A stretch of 63,150 nt of DNA, the filler included, from Atractiella rhizophila (lineage: Eukaryota): the NCBI GenBank assembly GCA_021432655.1. It is 4 parts of 4 records of this genome, joined end to end, with 100 filler letters (N's around TTAATTAATTAA, not from the genome) between each part and the next. Parts side by side here need not be neighbours in the genome. Positions count along the whole stretch, not along the records: positions 1 to 27,853 come from MU271570.1; positions 27,954 to 44,662 come from MU271571.1; 2 more parts are not named here. The stretch is one strand, 5' to 3'. Of the stretch, positions 23,346 through 34,085 are shown piece after piece; the first letter of the stretch is position 1; every line of letters begins with the position of its first letter. Made by a program: the position numbers and the translations under genes. The notes beneath the pieces were generated by a model that was not told where the DNA came from, searched no databases, and was given only the letters and a program-made list of their open reading frames with translations.

Positions 23346-24420
23346 CTACTCATCGATCAGCTCCTGCCAAATCTTTTGATCCCTCCCAAACTTCCTCAAA
23401 CCTTTCAAAAACCTCATCCGCCCCATCCCTTCCATCATCTCCGTCAATCGCACCGCGATCTCCTCCACGGCCGCGTCTTCATGCTCCGTTTGCACCTTGA
23501 CTAAAACCCTATCCACCCCTTCAGATTCCTCGCTGACTCTCCATTTTTTTGCCTCGGAGCTTCCTAATTTATTTCGTATATCCAGGTCCGCTGGGAAGGT
23601 GGAGTCCTCCACCGGATCACCCTCATCACCGCCAGCGCCGCTGTACCGTGCCCAGTAATCAACTTCCTGTTTCGTCGCCTCGACTTCCTTCCCCTTCAAC
23701 TTAGGAGCCTCAGTTTCATCATCATCGTACCCAGCCCAAAAATCACTTTCGTTTCCCGCACGGTGCATGTTGTCCACCTTGCTCTGCGCAGCTTTTACCG
23801 CCTCTTTGTACGATGGAAACCAAGTCTGTGCAGACTTCGTCTGTAGATATCCTTTTTCAGGTGATGAGACGGAAGGGAGGCGCAGGTCAAAGTATTTCCA
23901 TTCTTCCTCTTCCCAAGAAAGAATAATCGCTATCCCATCGTCTCTGCCGTTGGTGGATTGGGAGCCTTCAAGAGGCGCTGAAACAGCAGAAATAACGACC
24001 TGGCTCCATATCTCTCTCCCACTTCCATTCTCAACGCTGGTGCCAGTCTTTTCCAATTCTTCCAACTCAGGATGGATATCTACCATCCATTCAACCTGCC
24101 ACTTAGAAGGTGCCTCGACGCCATCCACGCCCTTCTCTTCGAATGCAATGCGACGTCGTTCGACCTCTTCGGAAGGGACCCATTGGAGGTATTCTAATGG
24201 ATTGTCGGGGGAGGAAGACAGGAGAGAGTGACGTTCTTGGAGGGAGCGGGATAGGAAGTGGATGGGGAGGTGTGGCGGAGTGAACAGAATGTAGGGAAGG
24301 ATGTTCTGTGAGGACAGATGGGGACTGGGAGCTGGAGCTGTAGATGTTGACTGAACGGCCTGATGTTCAAACCAAGCTGTGAGGAAGGCTCACGACTTGG
24401 TTGAAAAGCACGAGTACCAT
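23346..24420 (-). CDS. Hypothetical acidic fungal protein (start approximate)
   Basis: Long open frame (260-aa ORF extends upstream to LPIHFLSRSLQERH) with motifs ILSWEEEEWKYFDL, SDFWAGYDDD, DYWARYS. Confidence 0.65.
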
Positions 24421-26462
24421 TTCAGCTTAACAGGATACTAGTAATACTCCTAGAGGAATGTTGTTTGCTGAAAAGTTTGCTCACCTCTGGTTACCTGAAG
24501 CTTTCCTTTCCTGGATCACTATACATACTTCCGTCCATCTGCGCCATCGCGCGCTGATCAAAGTCACTCTGCCCACGATCCATGATCGATATATCGATGT
24601 CATGATGGGACGACCAGATAAGATATGCGAAGAGTCAAACCGATCCGGCATCACGCCAGGGGTTGGTCGCATCCGAGGTGTCGAGGGTTCGGATTCGCAA
24701 ATTCTAGTCCGAATGATAAACGTGGGCAAATGTAGGGGACGCTCGTAGTCGGATTAGAAACCTAGTTAGGGGATGGGGTAGATTGGAGTTGTGAGTGCGT
24801 GGGAACATAACTTAAAGCATAGTGCGTTCATCTCTCCAGGCAGGGTTGGCATGTTTGCGTTACAGTCGCCGCTGTATCTCTGTTCCTCTCGCCATTCGAC
24901 ATGCAGAACCCTTGACGTGTGGAAAGAGACTTGGTGGTGCCTGTTTCGCTGTCACTTTTGCGCGGCTTTGTTCTGTTATCTGGTTTTGCTCAAACAAGGG
25001 TTGTTTATCCTCGCTATGCCGATCCTGTCAAATGACATGACAGAAAATCCTTGTCATGCCATGATGGTGCAGATGCTTAGTAAGCGATGACTTACCCATA
25101 AAGACACTCCGTTGAGGGTGGTACTCAATGGGCGGTTGGGACGGTGCATTGCCCAGCGATTTCAGAATGATTTGATATCCGTGGTCCTGTGGAACTTAAC
25201 TCATTGAATCTATCAGACATGTGTCTTTGCCCTCAAGTTGTTGCAAGAACCTATGGTCCTTACACCTTACGCGTATCTCTCACTGCGTCATTATGTCTTT
25301 CACTCTGATTTCCCCAACTCGGGACAAAAACGTAAAACTCAATGACGTCGAAACAGCATGATGATCGAGGTAGCGCTGTGTCAAATTGGACAATGAGGTC
25401 ATGGCAAATAAAATTCAAAGTGTTGCCGATCAAAAACGGTAGCATTTCTCATGGATACTGTTTTGCTCCAGAATCAGTCAACTTGGAAGTCGCGTTCGTC
25501 TGTTATTTGACTGTTTGCCCAAAAGATAAGGCGCTTCCTTGTCCTGCTCCTCTGGCAGCACAGGCCGCTCATGTTGGCCTATTGTGTTGCGATCGCTCGT
25601 CCGATGTCACGATCGGAGATGATGAATAACATCTGGATTTATCTCGAGACACATTAGCAACCACCCATCAGGTTCTGAGCGCTAGAGAATAGTCCTAAGA
25701 CCGTGGAAGCTTCTGAGGCACTTGTGGAACGTTTTGCACGTCCGTATTTGTCGTGAGACACGAGTTTTGATGGAGACTTCATTCCATCCAACATCAGATC
25801 ATTCATTCCCTGAACACCTTCTGCCAGGTTGCAGTGAACGCGACGGATCAATGAACTAGCCAGGAAGCGAAATAGACTTCCTTGATCTTCTGTCCGCCTT
25901 CATTCGTTAGACAGCATACTTCCGCGGCACATTTAAGAATAGTTGCAACATTGCCTCACTTTCGTTGAGTATTGTAATGGACCAAGATCGGTAGTTGAGC
26001 CACAGCAACCACACAATGTTACTGTAGCTGGTTGTGCTGTGACCGGCCCAACCGGTTCTAAGGAAGGCTTCTGAAATGAATCACTGTGAAATGCTTTGTT
26101 GGTTGAACTGCCGAAATTGCCGAACCTTGGCTTTGCATGTCTTCACGTTCAGCTTGTGTGCTGCGCCAAACAAGGCGATCATGGCATCAATGTGCCAAAG
26201 GGCATCCAAACCTCAAACAAACTGATCGGTGAACGAGGGGAACGAACAGGGCACGAGAATGAAAGTCCGTGTTCCACCTTCAAGTGGAGCCAACAGCCTC
26301 AAAGGCTGTCGTGAATAAAAAGCAGAAAGCAGTCTGGGCAAAGCCACACATTGATACCATTGGTCGTAGGCATCTGGCCATAGTTCTCAAATTCAGTAGA
26401 ACCAGCCCTTGACCTCTCCAGGACTGTCTCAACTCGGCAGCTTTGCATAAGCGTAGAACAGA

Positions 26463-26791
26463 ATGGAATCAGGTTTGCCATCCCAGAATGAATGCTCAGT
26501 CCAACTGCTGACAGGCTTTAATAGTCACCTCGAGCATCTCCATTGCTCCTGAAGGGGTCTACGTGTATCCAAGGACGCCGGGTGGAAAAATTCAACTTTT
26601 GACTTGGGATAATCTGAAAACGTTTTTCCTTGATCCGTCAAGCACTGAAGCCCTGCCCGATGGAGACATTGTCAAAAGGACTGCAGAAATTCTGCGGGAG
26701 ATGGAAGCTCAGAACCAAGAAGGTGTGTTTCTATCGGGACCCCGCTTAAACAATCTAATATTCTCCTGAAGGAAACCCCTTCCCTCAATGA
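26463..26791 (+). CDS. Unannotated 75-aa microprotein, 3 exons (26463-26472, 26525-26722, 26772-26791); paralogue of 7492-7835
   Basis: MESVTSSISIAPEGVYVYPRTPGGKIQLLTWDNLKTFFLDPSSTEALPDGDIVKRTAEILREMEAQNQEGNPFPQ; two phase-1 GT-AG introns as in the paralogue. Confidence 0.82.
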
Positions 26792-27853
26792 CGCTTAGCT
26801 TTAGAACGTAACTTCCAAATAACGTCCTTCTGTGATCATTCCTTTTGCCTTTCGACTCGCATAGATGATCTTTCGTGCTTTCGTTGTGCTGTGCTTTACG
26901 TTATCACGATTGTCCGTTACTTTCACATCACTTATCCACAAATACCACTGGTGAATCCTGAAAGCGGATAGATCATTCACACATCTGGTTATCCCAATCC
27001 AAGGTCCAACCCCTTATTTGCCAAAGATCTCATCTCAAATGCTAAAGTTGGTGTTGAAGGGTGTGCCTAGACTTCGAAATCCGCCATCATCCTCATGAGT
27101 TCCGTTCGTATCTCAATCATGTATCCAACTTTCTCCTTAGTTCTACATCCACTGCATCAACAGTTCTCCAGTGTCTATTTGTTTTGACCTAGTACGTTGC
27201 TGTTTTTTCTCTTCTGCGAGGAAGTGACTCCTAGCCCTCGTCGAGTTTCGACACCCCGACTGAGCAGGTTTCCTGCGTTGACCCTCTGAAGGCGCTGCCC
27301 ACGCGACCACCCCAAAGAAGCTTGTTAGGTGGAGGTGCTCACAAGCTCAAAAGAATTGTTAGTGTGAGGGACATGTCGCCTCTTTCCAACTGCTGAATCA
27401 ATGTAGAATACATACTTCTGAAAGTGTAGCTCTTTTTCTGTATTGAAACAATGGCAGCTCCATGTCCAAATTTAAAAAAACCAATAGTGTGACCTTGAGC
27501 TTGATTGCATGACAAATGGGATGAACCCAACGGGCTGAACTGAAGCCCCTACGGTCGTGCACGGTCGTGTACACGGCAAAGTGAGTTTCGAGTCCAGGAA
27601 ATCCAAAATTTGAAAACTCACCGAAGTGAGCCCAACGTGAGTCCAAAACGAGCACCCAGGTGCTGGGTAAGTGACTTTAGGAAGTTGTGGCGCGAAATTG
27701 AATCCTGTGGGGACCAGGAATAGAGGCAAACAGTCGAAGCCGATTTCGAATCTCACACAAACTCGCTGAGCGACCGTCCTCTGATCCATATTTCGAGTCC
27801 CCATGCAGCTGAAACTGCGCAAGTTGGCCGCAAGCTTGGATTGTGTCCGAAGG

Positions 27854-27953
27854 NNNNNNNNNNNNNNNNNNNNNNNNNNNNNNNNNNNNNNNNNNNNTTA
27901 ATTAATTAANNNNNNNNNNNNNNNNNNNNNNNNNNNNNNNNNNNNNNNNNNNN
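27854..27953. other. Assembly gap with TTAATTAATTAA filler
   Basis: N44-TTAATTAATTAA-N44. Confidence 0.97.
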
Positions 27954-28269
27954 CTCTTTCAATAACAAAAGTTCATGATATTTAAGAACCTATCTTTCTA
28001 AGATTGCTTCTTGTATCCGTTTGCTTGTATATTATAAGCGAAGTACTTTTGTGTGTAAATGAATGGGTCTCATATAACCAGGTCTAGCAAATAAGTGAAC
28101 TTCCTCATTCAGCATTGATATAGGCATAAAGCTGTCCGTTTGGTAGAATAGTACACCGTCACGGTGAGGCTGACTGAGCTACTCACAAGCAAGGCAGATC
28201 ACCAAAGAAAGTTGATGGTTTCCTGCACAGATGCACTAGAACCATCGCCAACGGAGCGGCGTGAAATTT

Positions 28270-29103
28270 CTACCGCAAGAGTGAAGTGAAGAATTCAAAA
28301 GTCCCCAAGAACACGGTCCCTCCTCCAGCAAGCCAGAGTGCTCTCGTCCCCCCACCCTTCCAAAAAGTCCTCCATCCTTCTGTCCGCCAAATCCGACCCG
28401 CCATCTCCATCGGATTGGCTTTCTTCTTCTCCATGGATGGGACATCTAGCATCACTCGCGTTTTTATCACATCCAAAGGCGTGGTTAGGAGCCCTGCTAT
28501 TGAACCTGAAAGCGAGGCGGAAATGGCGATTTGAGCAAATGACGGCTCTTTCGACCCAGAGGGTGAGAACGAGGAGGAGAAGCGAAGTTTGAAATGCTCA
28601 TAGAGCGGAAACTGGATGCACGAGAATGGAATCTCTCGAAAGACCGTGATGCCGAACCCTCTATACAGTCCTCTGAATCCCTCATCGCCAAAGACCCTCC
28701 ACAGCGTCCTCCAACTCCCTTTTGTCTCCGTCCCATAAACCCCTGCCTGACTTCGTTGTTTCACCACCTCCGTAGGGACACGTATCAAGCACGCTGCGAC
28801 CTCTCCAATAGAAGAAGCAAGCATATGAGTGGCAGTACCTTCTCGCACACCGAGACGTGGGAGCGTTCGATTGAAAAAGGTGTAGACACTAAAGAATGCT
28901 GCAGCACCTGGCGCGCTACCTACTCCAATGCTTCCCACGCCACGGTATACGCCTTTGAACCCTCCGGAGGCTAGGAATCCGTTTGGTGACTGTATACGAG
29001 TCTTGAGAGTGTCTATGGGGAAGAAGAGCAGGTCGACTGTCAGGCCGGAGAATGAGCCTGCTAGGAGAGCATGAGAGAAGGGCGACGTTGATGAAGCAGT
29101 CAT
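28270..29103 (-). CDS. PET8: Mitochondrial S-adenosylmethionine carrier (Pet8/Sam5/SLC25A26), intronless
   Basis: VDLLFFPIDTLKTRIQS..GVYRGVGS..GSAPGAAAFF; GEVAACLIRVPTEVVKQR; REIPFSCIQFPLYE; TTPLDVIKTRVML. Confidence 0.9.
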   Translation of the reverse strand: MTASSTSPFSHALLAGSFSGLTVDLLFFPIDTLKTRIQSPNGFLASGGFKGVYRGVGSIGVGSAPGAAAFFSVYTFFNRTLPRLGVREGTATHMLASSIGEVAACLIRVPTEVVKQRSQAGVYGTETKGSWRTLWRVFGDEGFRGLYRGFGITVFREIPFSCIQFPLYEHFKLRFSSSFSPSGSKEPSFAQIAISASLSGSIAGLLTTPLDVIKTRVMLDVPSMEKKKANPMEMAGRIWRTEGWRTFWKGGGTRALWLAGGGTVFLGTFEFFTSLLR

Positions 29104-29463
29104 CCTAAAGCTTGACGACTACAAACATGTCATATTAAGGCTGAAGATGCATGTAATGGGAAAAGACTTGCTCTCCCACCGCTCCAAGCTTTACTAACAC
29201 TCTAGAGAAGAAAGTGGTGAGGAGAAATACTGGTATCAACAGGACTACGGCAATAGTCTATGCGGATAGTGTCACTTCGTCTCTTCCGGTACTCGGCTAC
29301 TACAGCTTCCGCGAAGTGGGGATGCTGTTTGTCAATAAATAAAGCATAGACATTGGGGTCAAGTCTCAAAGTGTTGCTGTCAGTGTTGCTGTAGGGGCCT
29401 GGAAAGTAAGACTGCTGCCGACTGGTTCCTCTTGAAGGCCACGGAACGAAAGGACTGATCAAT

Positions 29464-30642
29464 ATGTCGGATCTTCCCTCTTTCACAACGCTCGATGGAG
29501 CAAAGATATCCTACAAAGTGCTTGGAGGCCTGCAAGAATGCAGAAAGCGTCCTCTTTTGTTGGTTCGTTCGTCCATTTTGTTCATGTCCTACGTCCAATA
29601 ACCATAGAGACTCCAGATAATGGGCGAGTTCTTATGACACTCCAAAACACACCTATCTGAGTTTCACACTGCTAGGATTGTCTGGAGTCCTCGAAGACTG
29701 GGAACCTCTCGATAGAGAGCTTGCGAGGCGACGACCAGTTATTATTTTTGACCATCGGTGTGTGCTTGCGATCTGTCGTATCCCCTCGCTCAAAATACAC
29801 TAGAGGGATGGGCCACTCGACTTCTTCGTCTGACGAGCTCTCAGTGGACATAATGGCGGACGACGTTTTGCAACTCCTTCTCCATTTGGAGCTTAAGGAA
29901 GTGGACGCCCTCGGATTTTCCATGGGAGGTGTGTTCGTGCTCTGTTCTCAATTCTGCAACGTGAAACTTTATGTATATAGGTGTGATCCTTCAAAACCTT
30001 CTCGTCCGTGATTCGCTCCCCGTCAAAATCAAACACTCCATCCTTGCCGCCACGATGCCCCGTCGCCTTCGTCGCACTGAAAGTGTTTTGATATCGGCAA
30101 TGGAGCAGTCGAACAACGGCCAATATGAAGGTTTGCCCAAGGCGGAGAGGCAGAGAAAAGCCATTGAAGCGCTGATGCGACTGCAGTATGATGAAGAGTG
30201 GTTGAAGGATGAAGCGAACCAAAAGTGGATGGAGAAGAGAGTTCAGACGAGCCTGAACACCAGGTTCGTTGCGGTATTCCTCAATGCCTGCCTGCCCTTG
30301 AAATGATCCGTGCGTATTAGGAGGCCAGCGAAGCAGATTCTTCTCCAATCTCAGTCCCTCGCGGGCATCTCTTTCCTCGACAAGCTGCCTTCTATCCCTT
30401 CAACCACAAAAGTTCTCTGGCTTTGCGGCAAGAAAGATAGTGTCGTCTCCAGGAGCGTGTCCATCCTCATACCCCAAGCTATAAAGCACGCTGAGATCGT
30501 GGATGGAATTGACGGGATCGGCTTGGACTTTGCGCATTTCTTTTGGGATTATGGCAAGGTCGAAGATTGGGTGACGGTTTTTGAACGCTTTCTGGACGAT
30601 ACCAGCGTTGGGAATGGACATGTCGCGAAATCGAAGCTCTAA
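29464..30642 (+). CDS. Alpha/beta hydrolase with PTS1 (-SKL); multi-exon
   Basis: PLLLIMGLSG; IFDHRGMGHS; nucleophile elbow LGFSMGG; GKKDSVV; AHFFW; ends AKSKL. Confidence 0.88.
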
Positions 30643-30777
30643 AGTTTTCCTTTATCTGTTCTACATTTTGTCATGGAGTAGTCCATCACGACAGGAATAT
30701 TTGAGTGAGAAATTGCAAATGAACGCGTCTGAACAAATTTGAAATCACGTGATACATTGTAACGCGAAAGAACGACG

Positions 30778-31468
30778 ATGCCTCCCGAGAATTCGCTCGA
30801 TCTGCTCTTTGATGCCTCTCTCATCCCTTCTGCAGTACAAGAAAGGCTAGGAGAGCATTTCCAAGTCCGTAGCTCATTCTACGACCCTGAGATTCACTCA
30901 GCGTAAAGGCTAGATCCGTCCTCTCGCTTCCACTGACTACTCCCGCGGCCATTTCTCCATCCTCCGTCAGCTAACATCAGCTCCAGACCCATCCTCTCCG
31001 TCCCAGTATGTGGAGCAGTTCAACCTCATGAAGAATGCAACACCCAAAACGTACTACACTGTAGTGATTGTGGAACTCGCTACGGACCAAATTGTAGGAG
31101 TAGGAACAATATTTGTAGAGAGGAAGTTCTTGAGGAATTTTGGGAAAGTGGGGCACATTGAGGATATTGCAGTCAGCGACAAGATACGCGGAAAGGGCTT
31201 GGGGAAGAGAGTTATTGAAGCGCTGACGGGTATTGGGGAGAAGGTGGGAGTGTATAAGTGTATTTTGGATTGTAATAAAGACAATATTGGTGCGTCTCTC
31301 TCTCCTCAGTTATCGCGATGATGGGATCGATGCGTTTACAAAGGCTTTTATGAAAAATGCGGGTAAGTCGCTTATTTTGGTGCGGATAGCACTGAAATGG
31401 CGTTCAGCTATACTCATAAAGAATACGAAATGGTCCGGTACACAGGGTCTGATTCTTCTCGCCTCTAG
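30778..31468 (+). CDS. GNA1: Glucosamine-6-phosphate N-acetyltransferase
   Basis: GTIFVERKFLRNFGKVGHIEDIAV; RGKGLGK; YKCILDC..NIGFYEKCG..KEYEM; ends DSSRL. Confidence 0.92.
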
Positions 31469-31833
31469 AAGATGTGAGCTGAAAGGACAACAGGGAGTCT
31501 AGCAAGACGTCTTGATGCTATTTTGTCTGTTTGCAGATCTTCTCGCTCCATCCTGGTTCCGCAGCTCTGATGCTTGTGTCGTCATGTTAAGTAGTCAAAA
31601 TGTACCTTTTTACCATTCCTTTCCATCAGCAGCTCACTTAAATAGCGAATTACCTTGCATTTGCAAGAAGCCATTGTAACTAAGTAGCCCGGTGATCGAG
31701 GGTTGATCGTGTTGAGTGAAGTTCTACGCCGGCTCACCGGTTAGGCAGAAGAAGCGGGGAAGAGCTGTTCTTCCCCTTCATAAACCACGACCGCGCCTCG
31801 TCTCCTTTCAGTTTCCCTTCTCACCTTTGCAAT

Positions 31834-33041
31834 ATGTCCGGTGTCGACCTCCCCTCAGTAATTGGCAAGAAAATTAGCGAGCAGGCCGTTTCTTGTCAGT
31901 CCACCTTCAAATGCTGTTTAGTTTACGACTGACCAGGATTGGATTGAATAACAGGGACGAAGCGCGACCTTATCCTCTATGCTCTTTCCATTGGAGCAAC
32001 CGCAGAGGACTTGCAATATGTTTACGAGCTCTCGCCGAAGATGAAGGTCTTCCCTACCTTCCCTTTGGTCTTAGGCTTCAAGGGCACTAGTCACGAAGTC
32101 GTGAACTTTGAGACTGCAAGGATGGGGGAGAAGGTGAAGGGGCTGCCGAAGTTGGATTCGAAGAAGCTGGTGCACGCCGAGGTCTGTTCTCTCATCTCCT
32201 TTTTGCTGTGGAGAGCCCAGGAGTGATTTTGGCCATTCGCAGCAAAGCGTTATCGTCCTCAAGGAGCTTCCCCTCGTTGGAGAAGGCTTCAAGCTCATTT
32301 CGGAGTACTCTGGAGTGCACGATAAGGGCAAAAATCTTATTGTGGAGAGCATGTCTACTCTCATTGGACCAGATGGAAAGGAATACGTCAAAACCGTCAG
32401 CTCCTCATTCAACTTTGGAGCTGGAGGACATGGAGTAAGCCTCTCGCCCAATCGTATCTTGTATTTAAATGAGAGGACTTGCAGGGATTCTCGAAATCCG
32501 TGGCTCCCAAGTTCCCGGTTTCGGCGAAAGCCAAACCCCCAAGCCGAAACCCTGACGCTGTCGTCGCTCTCAAGACATCGCCTGACCAAGCTGCTCTCTA
32601 TCGTCTGAGTGGTGACTACAAGTGCGTTTCTCTTAATCTTCCTTTTGCTCCATCTGACCAGGCTACCTAGCCCGCTCCATATCGACCCTTCTATCGGTCC
32701 ACAGATGGGATTTAAAGGCGCAATCCTACATGGGCTTTGGTTCGCTTTCTTTTCCTCATCCTCATCCTAAGTTAACTTCCATTCCTCTGTAAAACAGTTC
32801 GTACGGCCATGCAGCGATGTCCATCTCCAAGTCTTTCCCCGGCTACAAACTGGTGGGCATGTCGTCGCGATTCACCTCTCCCGTCTACCCTGGGGAGACC
32901 CTCGAAACATTGATCTGGAAAGAGGAGAAGGGTGATAAGGTGGAAGTCGATTTCATCCAGAGGGTGAAGGAGACAGGGAAGGTTTGCTTGGGCGGAGGCG
33001 TGGCCTTGTTGGTAAAGGAGGACGGAAAGAGCAAGTTGTGA
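31834..33041 (+). CDS. Peroxisomal MaoC-type enoyl-CoA hydratase 2/dehydratase with PTS1
   Basis: RDLILYALSIG; FPTFPLVL; LYRLSGDYNPLHIDP..ILHGLCSYG; RFTSPVYPGETL; ends GKSKL. Confidence 0.92.
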
Positions 33042-33286
33042 TTATGTGTGTTGTCAGTTGTACTGTTGAGGATCGGCAAAATTGGTTCCCATTCGAATGG
33101 ATGCATTTTATCGTCTTGAAAGGACATCATATCGTCCGTGGTACCCGCTTGTCGATGAAGCTGGCAAGTCTTCTCTGAAGCTCTTTGATTTGAATCTTGA
33201 GGAGTACTTGCTAGATGCGGAGGTGTCAATGTATTCGCCTTCAAGAGCTGTACACACATACCTATGCAGCCACCGCACCAGTAGCA

Positions 33287-33841
33287 TTATTCCTCAACCT
33301 CGTCATCCCCAAAGCCCCTATCAATCCTCCACATCTTGATCCACTCCAGAATCCGTCCCACATTCTCATCCACCTGTTCCACGCTCTCGCTCTGCAAGAC
33401 AACCACAATTTCTTCCTTATAACACTCCCTTGCTTCATCCTCACAAACCCTCATGATCTCTGCCTCGTTATTTTCCTGAATCTTTTTCAATTCATATCCT
33501 CTTCTCTCTAATCTCTCCCATAAAGCGGTGTGATCGCAAGAAAGAACGACAACAAGGTCGATGAGGCGTTCAGGAAAAATGCCATTTGTATGCCAATCGA
33601 CGATATACCCACCCGTCTCTTCTTCCAGAATAGGACAAAGGTGATCTAACAACTTGTCCTCATCTATATCGTATGTGTCCCACTCTTCGTCGTATCCGGA
33701 ATGTAAAGATTCGGTCTTCACAATCTCACCAACGTTGAGATGCTTCATCTGAGAGTGCATCTCCGCCAGTTTCGTCGCGTGCGTCGATTTTCCGGTGCCT
33801 GGTGTACCTGTGATTATTATATTGGGGTATTGGCGGGACAT
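33287..33841 (-). CDS. FAP7: Adenylate kinase 6 / Fap7, intronless
   Basis: PNIIITGTPGTGKST; GGYIVDWH; FPERLIDLVVVL; KIQENNEAEIM. Confidence 0.95.
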   Translation of the reverse strand: MSRQYPNIIITGTPGTGKSTHATKLAEMHSQMKHLNVGEIVKTESLHSGYDEEWDTYDIDEDKLLDHLCPILEEETGGYIVDWHTNGIFPERLIDLVVVLSCDHTALWERLERRGYELKKIQENNEAEIMRVCEDEARECYKEEIVVVLQSESVEQVDENVGRILEWIKMWRIDRGFGDDEVEE

Positions 33842-34085
33842 CGGTGCGTTCTGTGGACTATTGAACGAATCTTTGAGGGTGACTTCGTTGTGCTGGTTAC
33901 AAAATTTTTGGATGCCTCCCAAGTTGTCACGTGCATCACGTCACCCCATCGCGACTCTTGGTGACTTTGCTCCAGCTATATATACGGTACGAAATCAGCG
34001 CAAGACATACGAAAACGCTTTCTGAGAGGGATCAGGTCAAGGTGCGATCATTTTTGGATGTCTATTTGTTTCTGCACGAAGAAAA

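Noticed and set aside
24450..26400. Scattered 60-100 aa ORFs on both strands
   Set aside because: No recognisable motifs or consistent exon chain
26515..26590. LIVTSSISIAPEGVYVYPRTPG resembling an Old Yellow Enzyme segment
   Set aside because: The first residues are intronic and no other OYE motifs follow; explained by the microprotein gene
27898..27909. TTAATTAATTAA motif recurring at 27898, 44707 and 61567
   Set aside because: Centred in identical 100-nt N gaps and gives stops in all frames: artificial filler, not biology
5738..29103. Cluster of three mitochondrial carriers
   Set aside because: Different subfamilies of a large gene family, and the third is across a filler gap
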